Part shown: positions 37,783 to 46,479 of the stretch, piece by piece
Layout of the letters: the number at the start of each line of letters is the position of its first letter
Position numbering within the stretch: position 1 is the first letter of the stretch
Assembly (NCBI GenBank): GCA_050949565.1
Contig: JBMNFY010000001.1
Location: 160,001-224,000, forward strand
DNA from: Kiritimatiellia bacterium
GTDB lineage: Bacteria > Verrucomicrobiota > Kiritimatiellia > RFP12 > UBA1067
DNA: 64,000 bases
Reading direction: 5' to 3'
Notes under the pieces: model-generated
What the model saw: only the letters and a program-made list of their open reading frames with translations
Database searches by the model: none
Told to the model about the DNA's origin: nothing
Translations under genes and position numbers: made by a program

Positions 37783-39178
37783 CTACACGAGTGCTTTCCA
37801 CAGCTCGACATTTTCGAGCTTCGACCGGATGGCATTGACGAACTGTGCGCCCACCGAGCCATCCACGATGCGGTGATCCACAGAGAGGGTCATCGCCATC
37901 ATCGTGCGGATTTTGATTTCGCCATTTACCACGGCGGGCACCTGACGCCCAGTGGAGACCGCCAGGATGCCGGCTTCGCCGGGATTGATAATGGCGGTGA
38001 ACTGATCGACATTCATCATGCCCATGTTCGAGACCGTGAACGAACTGCCCACCATCTCGTCCGGCAGGAGCTTGCCGTGTCCGCGCTTTTTCGGCGAGCG
38101 CCTTGGCCTGCGCGTTTAGCTCGGCGAGCGTCAGGGTCTGTGCGGCACGGATCACCGGCACGACCAGACCGTTGTCCACGCTCACCGCCATGCCGAGGTC
38201 CACGTCGCCGCGCCAGGAAACGGTCACGCCGTCCGTGACGGAGTTGACGACCGGGAACTCCTCCAACGACAGGATCACCGCCTCCAGGACGAAATCGTTG
38301 ACGCTGTAGGAGCGTCCCTGCGCCTTGAGGTCGGCACGGAAGGCCATGAGGTCGGTGATGTCGGCCTTGACCGTCACATAAAAGTGCGGGATCGTCTGCT
38401 TGCTCTCCACCAAGCGGCGCGCGATGATTTGGCGCATGCGCGAGAGCGTAACCGGTTTGCGGCGCTGGGCGCGCTCGATATCCTCGACCATGATACGGCC
38501 GCCGTCGCCAGAACCACGCACGCTCAGGATGTCGATCTCATGTTCAGCGGCGAGACGCTTGGCCGCCGGCGTGATGCGCAGAGCGTCATAGTTCGCCGCG
38601 CTCAGGAAAGCCAACACGTCTTTTTCTACGATGCGTCCGTTCGGGCCGGTGCCCTTGATACGCGCGGGATCGATGCAGGCGGCGCGGGCGCAGGCGCGGG
38701 CACGCGGCGAGATCACCAGACGCTTGGCCGGTGTCGGCGCGGGCGCGGGCTGGACAGCCGGTTTGGCCGACGGCTGCGGTGCGGGCGTCGCTGCTGGCGC
38801 GGGAGCAACCGGTGCCGGCGCAGGCGCGGCGGCAGGAGCTACTGGCGCGGGGCTTGCTGCTGGCGCCTCGGGAGCTGCCGCTGCGGGCGCGGGTGCTGGC
38901 GCGGCTTCGGGGGCAGGCGGCTGGTCCGGCACTTTCTCGCCGGCGGCACCGATAAAGCCGACGACGGTGTTCACGGGGACGGTGATGCCCTCGCGCACAT
39001 AAATCTTCAGCAATACGCCCTCAAAAAAGCTTTCGACCTCCAGGTTCGCCTTGTCGGTTTCGATCTCAAAAAGGATGTCGCCTTTCGCTACCGCGTCGCC
39101 CTCTTTTTTGAGCCATTTGACGATCGCGCCTTCCTCCATGGTCTGCCCGAGTTTCGGAAAAATCACTGCCTGAGCCAT
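37783..39178 (-). CDS. Dihydrolipoamide acyltransferase (E2) with a 1-bp frameshift near 38078
   Basis: Lipoyl motif ETDKA, Ala/Pro linker, two E3-binding domains, IPHFY; catalytic SVDHRIVDG lies in second frame (37783-38055); removing one base restores the GKLLPDEMVG junction. Confidence 0.9.
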
Positions 39179-39486
39179 AATCACTCCAAATGGTAAGGTG
39201 ACGGCAAGCCCGCACCTGACGCGCGCGGAACTGCCAACAAATGCCCACCAGTATACCGAGCCTGACCGCACTTGTCATTGACAAAAATGAACAAAAAACG
39301 TCAAAACCGAAAAAAATAAATCACAGCCTCTCTCGCCTTCCAATTGCGTTTTTTATCACACGAAGGCGCGACGGTCACAAACTGGATACGATTGTTCCGT
39401 CCGATATGTCCGACAAGAACGTGGTGGCGGGTTGGTAATGTGAGGGGACCTGCGTTAAAAAAAGACACCAGAAGAATCCACCTCAT

Positions 39487-39631
39487 TTCCACACCTTGAG
39501 AGGTGTGGAAGTAGAATCCGAGAGAGGAAGCAGTCTGATAATAATGTAAGTGTCTGGTATTTAAATGGTTATGCCTGTTAAACGGCAGTTTTCCATTTCC
39601 CAAAATTCCACACCTTGAAAGGTGTGGAATT
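39487..39631. repeat. Pair of TTCCACACCT-N4-AGGTGTGGAA palindromes
   Basis: Copies at 39487-39510 and 39604-39631. Confidence 0.85.
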
Positions 39632-39641
39632 AGCGCCCAAG

Positions 39642-39688
39642 AGAAAAGAGGGCCGATGACGAGCGGTACGAGCCGTCGTCGGCCTTCG
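39642..39688 (-). terminator. Probable terminator after the hypothetical membrane protein
   Basis: GGCCGATGACG/CGTCGTCGGCC stem with A-rich flank on + strand. Confidence 0.5.
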
Positions 39689-39697
39689 TGCCTTCAT

Positions 39698-40171
39698 TTA
39701 ATTTCCTAGGGTCAAGATTCGCAGTTGAATCCCCAAAAATATGACGAAAAACACAATGCCAGCGGGTATTGCCACACCGTTATGAAATCCCAATGCAGAA
39801 AAATTACAACGGCGCGAATCATGCAAAATGCGACGTTTCATTTTGACGGCCCATCGCATCGATGTCCCTCTGGCGTCAAGTTTTGTCGACGATGTTTCCG
39901 TCTGGATCGCGACAGTATATGTCGAACACCCCCCTCCTGATATCCGTGAATCGATAATGACGTTTTTTATTTCCGTCCTTGGAATGCTGATCTCCCCCGT
40001 TTTTCTCATCCCCCACCAATCGTATCGCGTTAGGTTCAAAGCAGTCTGCCCGCCACGCATTTTTTCGACCGAGAAAGTCCCCCCGCTCAATAAAGCTAAC
40101 GACAGCGCCAAAATCACCCATTTGGCGTAACAGTTGAAGCGTCTCGACACGGTTGCGGTTTTCAATGACAT
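39698..40171 (-). CDS. Hypothetical membrane protein (lower GC)
   Basis: 157-aa ORF with N- and C-terminal hydrophobic segments, 6 bp downstream of the preceding gene. Confidence 0.6.
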   Translation of the reverse strand: MSLKTATVSRRFNCYAKWVILALSLALLSGGTFSVEKMRGGQTALNLTRYDWWGMRKTGEISIPRTEIKNVIIDSRISGGGCSTYTVAIQTETSSTKLDARGTSMRWAVKMKRRILHDSRRCNFSALGFHNGVAIPAGIVFFVIFLGIQLRILTLGN

Positions 40172-40177
40172 TTCGTC

Positions 40178-42727
40178 TCACCGCCGGATCGCCAACTCGC
40201 GGATGCCGAAGGCGGGCAGCGTCAGCGACTCGCTGCCGCAGCGGACCGTACATGGCGTCTCGCCGAGGTTGTTCACGACTGCGCGGCACTCGCCCTGGCT
40301 GACCCGGAAGGCCGTAACGCGCGCAGACGGCGCGTCGAGCGCAAACAGGCCCTGCTGCGCAGGCCATTCGCCGTTGCCCGGCCGGACGCGGAACAGCGGT
40401 ACGCCAGTGCGGAGTCGGTACGCAATCGCGGCCACTTCCACAGTGGGGCATAACACAAGGCTGAAGCGATACTCGTATCCGCCCAGAAACGGGTCGCCGC
40501 CCGAGCTGATTACGTGCTTGGCGTAACCACTGGGAAGAATCTTGCACTCCGGTCGTTTGTCCGCCCGGCCCTGAAGAGAGGCCCCCAGATTCGCTGCCAC
40601 GACGCCGTCCTGTGGCGCGACGCGGAACGACTGGTTTCCGCCCAACGCCACCACGGCGAAGGCTGCATCATCGGAAGCGATGGAGGCGAAGCGCTGCACT
40701 GCGATGAATGACGGCTCGGGATTAGCGTGCTCGATTGTTGCATAAGGGATGTCGTAGCGGACACGGCCGGGCCAACCGCGGAACTCTAGCAGCAAGCCTG
40801 CCGGGTCATACTTGCCCATTCCGATCCGGCGCGGCATGTCGACTTGGACGCCGGCAGTCATCTCGAAGCGGTCCGGCCGAAGACCGATAACCAGCCTGAT
40901 CCACACGGCCCAAGCCAGTTCGGTGAAGACCTCAAGCTCGGGACCGAACGGTGTTTCCCGCACGCGAGTCGTCGCGCGCGTCCAGTCCGGCCGCACCTCT
41001 TCCGTCGTTGCTGCACCCGAAGGATCGCTGAGCTTAAAGGGCGCGACCGTGATCTCGATCTGGCGTGAGCCCTCGGCTACAATCAAGCGTCCTTCCGTCA
41101 GTGCCGCGCACTTGCCGTCAGCCGACACGTCGCGGCCTGCCCGCCACTCTGCGGCCGGTTGCGCATCTGGCCTCTCCCGCAATCCTAATAAACGGTAGCC
41201 GTATGCGGGAAGTTCGACCCGCGCGGAGGCGGTCCACTGCCCCGCGCGGCAGGCAACATCCCCCGGAAGCGGCGAACCGTCCGCAGCTACGAGCGCTAAC
41301 GGACCGTCGACTGCGAACGAAATATCCGCCGTGCGGGAGGGCGCGGGATTCAGCGCGAGCACATAGCCCGCACAGCCCGCCGCAGGCTGGCTGAGGCGCG
41401 CCGCCACCTGTTGTGCGAAGCGCGCCAGCACCTCGTTCGAATAGGCGCGGGAGGTGTCCAGCACGGTCTCCCGGTGCAGCGTGCGCGGCGTCCAAGGAAA
41501 CCAGCCGCTGGAGTCTGAATTCAGGCCGATCAGCGCATGGTGCCAGGCGCGCGAGAGCACGGTCGGTTCGCCGCCGGGGGCCAGGCAAAGGGCTTCGGTC
41601 TCTGGAAATTCGCCGACCTCTTCGAAGTACGCGTCCCACGGGTTGTCGGGCGGTGTCGTCCACGCCTGTTTTAGCGGCACGTCCACCGGCCCGATCCGGT
41701 GAAGAGCGGCCGCGGCATGGGCGAACCCCGCGGCGCGCAGGGCGTCCAGCGCTTTCACGGCATGCCCGTGCCAGTTCATGTCCATCGGGCGCGCGGTCCA
41801 GCGCGAAAAGCTGGGGCTGGGCTCGCGGTCCTCCCGCGCCTGGCCGAACGGATGGGGTGCCGCGCACGTGACGTGGATGCCGACCTCCTGCGTGTACCGC
41901 TCGACCGTGGTCCAACGGATGATTTTACCTTTTTGCGCCAGCCGTGCGATCTCGGCGACGTAGGCGGCGATGTCACCGAGCTGCTCGAAATCGCCACCGG
42001 CCATGATGAAGCTACCGTCGGCATGCGAGTCGTAATACGCCTCGAGCTGACCGAGCCGGATTGAGCGAAGATCGAGGGGAAAGACATCCACCGCGCTGCC
42101 GTCGATCCCCTGCACGCGCCGCGGTCTGTCCCAACCGTCGGGCATGACGATCAGCCGTCGGACGCCGATCTGGTTCATGATATGCGGCATTTGAGGATGA
42201 AACACAATCTCTTGGGGAAAGAAGGTCGCACAATCGGACTGCAGTTCCCGGCGCATCAGTTCCATGCTGACGCGGCTTGCGACCAGATCGGACTCTTCGT
42301 CCGACGCGAGCGCGTGGCTCGCGGCGTACTGGCACCCCGCCATAACGACCTGTCGGCGGTCCACCAGCGGCTTCAGTTCCTCCAAAAACCAGGGCGCATA
42401 GCGTTTCAGGCTGAGCAGCGTCAGTCCCGGGAAATCGATATGAGCCGTCACCTCTGGATAGGCTTTGAGGGCGCGCAGGCCTGTGGCGTAGATGCTTGGA
42501 AACTTCTCGCGGATCTCCTGCTTAGTGTAGCGGTCATAGCACATGTTGCCGTGCAGCAGAAATGAGATATAAACGGTTTTTTGCTTTGAAGGCTCCGGCA
42601 CGGGCACCGCTGACGGCGGGAGGCCGACGGCCGCGAGCCCCGCCACCCCCTGCAACATGCGCCTTCTAGAAAGACACCCATACGTCTGGAAAAACCCCTG
42701 ACTCCGCGACTGTTCAAGCATGGCCAT
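40178..42727 (-). CDS. Tat-exported GH38/GH57-like glycoside hydrolase/deacetylase-fold protein
   Basis: SRRRMLQG twin-arginine signal; LHGNM.YD start of barrel; VELPAYGYR and YDIPYA segments reminiscent of GH38; AGGAGGAG RBS. Confidence 0.62.
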   Translation of the reverse strand: MAMLEQSRSQGFFQTYGCLSRRRMLQGVAGLAAVGLPPSAVPVPEPSKQKTVYISFLLHGNMCYDRYTKQEIREKFPSIYATGLRALKAYPEVTAHIDFPGLTLLSLKRYAPWFLEELKPLVDRRQVVMAGCQYAASHALASDEESDLVASRVSMELMRRELQSDCATFFPQEIVFHPQMPHIMNQIGVRRLIVMPDGWDRPRRVQGIDGSAVDVFPLDLRSIRLGQLEAYYDSHADGSFIMAGGDFEQLGDIAAYVAEIARLAQKGKIIRWTTVERYTQEVGIHVTCAAPHPFGQAREDREPSPSFSRWTARPMDMNWHGHAVKALDALRAAGFAHAAAALHRIGPVDVPLKQAWTTPPDNPWDAYFEEVGEFPETEALCLAPGGEPTVLSRAWHHALIGLNSDSSGWFPWTPRTLHRETVLDTSRAYSNEVLARFAQQVAARLSQPAAGCAGYVLALNPAPSRTADISFAVDGPLALVAADGSPLPGDVACRAGQWTASARVELPAYGYRLLGLRERPDAQPAAEWRAGRDVSADGKCAALTEGRLIVAEGSRQIEITVAPFKLSDPSGAATTEEVRPDWTRATTRVRETPFGPELEVFTELAWAVWIRLVIGLRPDRFEMTAGVQVDMPRRIGMGKYDPAGLLLEFRGWPGRVRYDIPYATIEHANPEPSFIAVQRFASIASDDAAFAVVALGGNQSFRVAPQDGVVAANLGASLQGRADKRPECKILPSGYAKHVISSGGDPFLGGYEYRFSLVLCPTVEVAAIAYRLRTGVPLFRVRPGNGEWPAQQGLFALDAPSARVTAFRVSQGECRAVVNNLGETPCTVRCGSESLTLPAFGIRELAIRR

Positions 42728-43049
42728 CTCCTCCTGTTTTTAAGTCCTATCGCCCCCGGTTCCAGCGATACGCTACTGTCTGGTGGCGGTACCCCGTGAC
42801 AGCACGACAACGGTAGAAGCGCAGGACAAACGATCGTGTTGCATGGGGGAATGGTGGCACAGAGGCGCTCTGGGGTCAAGTGGTCAAAAAGTATTCCGAA
42901 AGGTTGATGCGGTGACTCGTGGTTAGTGACGAGTGGTATGAAAAAACGGGGCGTCACTTTACTTTAATTGTGATTGGCGTTGAGATTGGCCGAGCAATCG
43001 CATAAAATGAAAATCTGATTCGTCTTTATCGACAAACGAGAGGACAAGT

Positions 43050-44135
43050 GTGTCAACGGAAATACGGCATTCCGATACTGAAGCGCATGCCCCGACATGG
43101 TGGGTGCGCGATCATGAGGGCGGACGGTACGGACCGGTTGCATTTGAGGTTTTGAAAAGCTGGGTGCGTGATGGTCGCATCGGCCCGGCGAATGAAATCT
43201 CGCGGGATGGTGTCGAGTGGTCGCCCGCGACGGCTGAGCCTGCCTTGGAGATGGAGTGGGTCGTTGAGGTGGAGAACGGGCAGTTTTATGGCCCTATCCA
43301 CCGTGACGCGGTGCGGGGGCTGATCAATGAAGGGGCGATTGCGCAGCATGCGGTGCTGTTCCGTCGCACTGCACTCGACGCGCGCGATGCAGAGGCGGAG
43401 TGTCTGCGCTTGGCGGAGGCGTTGCAACAGGCACAGGCGCATGCGCAGCAACAGGAGGAGCTGTGCCATCGCACCGCGCTTGATGTGCGCGAGGCGAAAG
43501 CGGAGTGTCTGCGCTTGGCGGAGGCGTTGCAACAGGCACAGGCGCATGCGCAGCAACAGGAGGAGCTGTGCCGTCAGGCCCAACAGCGTGCGGCGGAGGG
43601 CGAGGCTGAGCGTGTGTCGCTCAGCGAGATGTATGCCGCGTGGTTGAAAGAAGCGGAGGCGTTGCTGGCTCAGACGCGTGCCGAATCAGAGGCGGCATTG
43701 CAACAGGCGCTTGCCGATGTGGCAGACTGGACAGACCGGTACCGTCAGGCCGAGGCTGACTTCGAGCGTTCGCGTGCGGATGCGCGGGAGTGGCGGACGC
43801 GGCTGCGGGCCGCAGAAGAGGCGTGTCAGACGGCCCAGCGCGAGCGGGCTGACTGGCAGGCTGAAGCACAGCGGGCGCTGGCGGAGGTCGAGGAGCTTCG
43901 GCGGGCGGCTGATGCGCGGCCCGTATCGGATACGGTGATTGATGTTGAGGTGCTCCCTCCCGAAAGGCCGGATGAGGCGCGGTATTCTGAGCGTCCCTCT
44001 GAACCGTCGGCGGCGGCGGGCGCCTTCGGCGAGAGATTAAACGGCCTTTCGCTGGCGGAACTTGAATGGCAGGCGCAACGCGAGTTGGAACGGCTCGGGG
44101 CGCGGGGCCAAGCGCTTTTTGCAAAAAATCGCTAG
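43050..44135 (+). CDS. Tandem GYF_2 (DUF4339)-like domain protein with coiled-coil tail
   Basis: WWVR...YGPV..E.LKSW..DGRI.P...ISRDG.EW and second W....GQFYGP; Ala/Glu/Gln/Arg heptads. Confidence 0.75.
   Translation: MSTEIRHSDTEAHAPTWWVRDHEGGRYGPVAFEVLKSWVRDGRIGPANEISRDGVEWSPATAEPALEMEWVVEVENGQFYGPIHRDAVRGLINEGAIAQHAVLFRRTALDARDAEAECLRLAEALQQAQAHAQQQEELCHRTALDVREAKAECLRLAEALQQAQAHAQQQEELCRQAQQRAAEGEAERVSLSEMYAAWLKEAEALLAQTRAESEAALQQALADVADWTDRYRQAEADFERSRADAREWRTRLRAAEEACQTAQRERADWQAEAQRALAEVEELRRAADARPVSDTVIDVEVLPPERPDEARYSERPSEPSAAAGAFGERLNGLSLAELEWQAQRELERLGARGQALFAKNR
43356..43572 (+). repeat. 105-bp in-frame tandem duplication
   Basis: 43395-43467 identical to 43500-43572 (AECLRLAEALQQAQAHAQQQEELC twice). 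Confidence 0.92.
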
Positions 44136-44167
44136 ACGTGACGCATGAAGAATGAGACAGTTTTCAG

Positions 44168-45790
44168 GTGGCTACTATGACGGAACAAAAGAATGGACAT
44201 GACGACAACCGCCAGTGGTTTCTCCGCATCAACGGTGAAACGGTCTTTGGCCCTGTCGCGACGCAGGGGCTGATCGTCTGGGCCGAGCAGGGCCGGATCT
44301 TGCCCGGGCATGAGGTGTCTCTAGATCGTAAGGAATGGGTGCCGGCGGTTTCGGTGGATCTGCTGGATATGCGCTGGTTCGTGGACGATGGCGATGGTGA
44401 GTTGCGCGGGCCGCTCAATCGGCTGGCTGCTGAGGCATTGATCAAAAGCGGCAAGGTTTCGGCGACCGCGCAGGTCGTCGCGGCTGAGGACGTGGATACA
44501 GACACGGAGTCGGCAGACGCAGTACCCGGCGATGAGAAGCGACCGCGCGACGCCATGCCGGAGGAGGTTTTGCAGCGCCGCGTTCATGAGTTGGAAACGA
44601 TTGTCAGCGAGCAGCGCGACCGGTTGTCGAAGCTGTCGGATGCCAATGCTCTGGAGACGATCCAGCATGAGCGCGAGGTGCTGTCCACGCTGCTGAAAGA
44701 GGCTGAGGCCCAGAAAGAGGAGCTGATCCGCAACGCTGAGAAGGACACCAAAGCCAATGAGCGCAAGTTAGAACAATTGCGACAGCAGATCAAGCGGCTC
44801 GAACAGCAGCTCGAGGAGGCGGTTGGCATGACACCGCAGATTGAAGCGTTGACGGCGGATTTGGCACAGGCCGAGGAGCGTGTCAAGACGGCGGAAGCCG
44901 CGCGTGCGGAGGCCGATGCGCGGGCCCGCACGAGTGAGACGGAGTGGGAAGAAGAGCGTATGCGGGTGAAGACGCTTGGCCAGAAACTTGAAGAAGCCGA
45001 GGCGCGTGTCAAAGCCGCCGAGAAGGCGCGTGCGGAGGCCGAGGAGCGCGCGTGTGCTGGCGAGGCCTTCTTGGCCGAGGTGCTTAACGATGCCAACGCG
45101 CGCGACATAGCCTATCAGGAGAAGATCACCGAACTGGAGAAGTTGTGCTCGCAACCGCCCGAGGAGACCGCGCGTTTCTATGCGGATCAGGCGGCCGTTT
45201 ATGAGTTGATCAACGCTGAAGTGACGGAGCTGGCGGCGGCATTGGAGCGTGAAAAGACGCAGGCCGAGCAGCTCAAAAACTGGAGCACGCAGCGTCAGCA
45301 GTCGCTGATGGAACGCCGCCAAAAACTGTTGCGGCATCTGGGCGGAAGCCCGGACGACATGACACGGCGCACCGTGCGCGAACTGCCTTCGGATCCGCAG
45401 GTTGCTCGTTTGCGGGCTGACCTTGAAAATATGCGTGTGATGCATCAGCGCGAGATGCGGCTGGCCGAGACCAAGGAGCGCGAACTACGAGATAAAGTGC
45501 AACTGCTTGAAACAGAGGGCACGCGCCTGCATGCGCAGATCATTGAGGGTGAGAAGCGCGTACGGCAGATCGAGGAACTTGAGGAGCAGTTGCGGCAGCG
45601 TGATCACGATATGGCGGCCGAGCGGAAAAGCCGCGAAGAGGAACGCGAGCAGTTTGAGGCTAATCAGCGGGCATTTTTGGCACGGATCGAAACCTTGGAG
45701 CGAGCCGCAAAGTCGAATACGCCGGAGGGCCTGCAGTCGGCCGAAGCACGCAATGTTAAGCTCGCCTCTTGGATGCGCTTGAAGAGCTGA
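44168..45790 (+). CDS. Tandem GYF_2-like domain protein with long coiled coil
   Basis: WFLR..GETVFGPV....L..W..QGRI.P..EVS.D..EW and second WFV....GELRGP; long heptad-rich region. Confidence 0.75.
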   Translation: MATMTEQKNGHDDNRQWFLRINGETVFGPVATQGLIVWAEQGRILPGHEVSLDRKEWVPAVSVDLLDMRWFVDDGDGELRGPLNRLAAEALIKSGKVSATAQVVAAEDVDTDTESADAVPGDEKRPRDAMPEEVLQRRVHELETIVSEQRDRLSKLSDANALETIQHEREVLSTLLKEAEAQKEELIRNAEKDTKANERKLEQLRQQIKRLEQQLEEAVGMTPQIEALTADLAQAEERVKTAEAARAEADARARTSETEWEEERMRVKTLGQKLEEAEARVKAAEKARAEAEERACAGEAFLAEVLNDANARDIAYQEKITELEKLCSQPPEETARFYADQAAVYELINAEVTELAAALEREKTQAEQLKNWSTQRQQSLMERRQKLLRHLGGSPDDMTRRTVRELPSDPQVARLRADLENMRVMHQREMRLAETKERELRDKVQLLETEGTRLHAQIIEGEKRVRQIEELEEQLRQRDHDMAAERKSREEEREQFEANQRAFLARIETLERAAKSNTPEGLQSAEARNVKLASWMRLKS

Positions 45791-45813
45791 ATCGGGCAAA
45801 GGGAGATGCGAGG

Positions 45814-46443
45814 ATGAGTGTCGGGCAGATTCAGGAGGCGCTGATCAAGGGACGCGCACCCGAGGTGGTGAGCCTCGTGACGGCGGCGATTGAGCAGGGG
45901 GTGGCTGCGTCGGTTTTGTTGAATGATGGGCTCTGTGCCGGCATGACGGTGATCGGCGAGAAGTTCAAGAAAAACGAGGTGTTCGTACCGCAGGTGTTGC
46001 TGGCCGCGCGCGCGATGAAACAGGCAACCGAGGTTTTGAAGCCGCATCTGGTGGCGGCCGGCGTGACGCCTTTCGCGACAGCGGTGATAGGAACGATCAA
46101 AGGCGACCTCCACGACATCGGCAAGAATCTGGTGGGCATGATGCTGGAAGGCGCCGGTTTCAAAGTGGTGGATGCTGGAATCAGCGTGGCACCGGAGAAG
46201 TTTGTATCTCTGGCGCAGGAACACGACGCCAAGATCGTCGGGGTTTCGGCATTGCTGACAACCACGATGGTGTCGATGCGCAGCGTCGTGGAGGCGGTGC
46301 GCGCGGCTGGTCTGTCAGCCAAGGTCATCATCGGCGGTGCGCCGGTGACGCAGGCGTTCTGCGATGAGATCGAGGCGGATGGCTACTCGCCGGATGCAGC
46401 TTCAGCCGCTGAATTAGCGAAACGGCTGGTTGGGGTTCAGTAG
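45814..46443 (+). CDS. Corrinoid (cobalamin-binding) methyltransferase protein
   Basis: GDLHDIGKNLV DxHxxG motif, VSALLTTT, IIGGAP; N-terminal four-helix cap FVPQVLLAARAM. Confidence 0.92.
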   Translation: MSVGQIQEALIKGRAPEVVSLVTAAIEQGVAASVLLNDGLCAGMTVIGEKFKKNEVFVPQVLLAARAMKQATEVLKPHLVAAGVTPFATAVIGTIKGDLHDIGKNLVGMMLEGAGFKVVDAGISVAPEKFVSLAQEHDAKIVGVSALLTTTMVSMRSVVEAVRAAGLSAKVIIGGAPVTQAFCDEIEADGYSPDAASAAELAKRLVGVQ

Positions 46444-46479
46444 TGCCTTATCGGTCGATAAGGCCCAGAAACCAAGATG

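Noticed and set aside
38730-38925. Low-complexity GC-rich repeats in the E2 gene
   Set aside because: Ordinary Ala/Pro linker of dihydrolipoamide acyltransferases
42728-43049. Cobalamin riboswitch for the GYF_2/corrinoid block
   Set aside because: No B12 box or other conserved aptamer elements recognised
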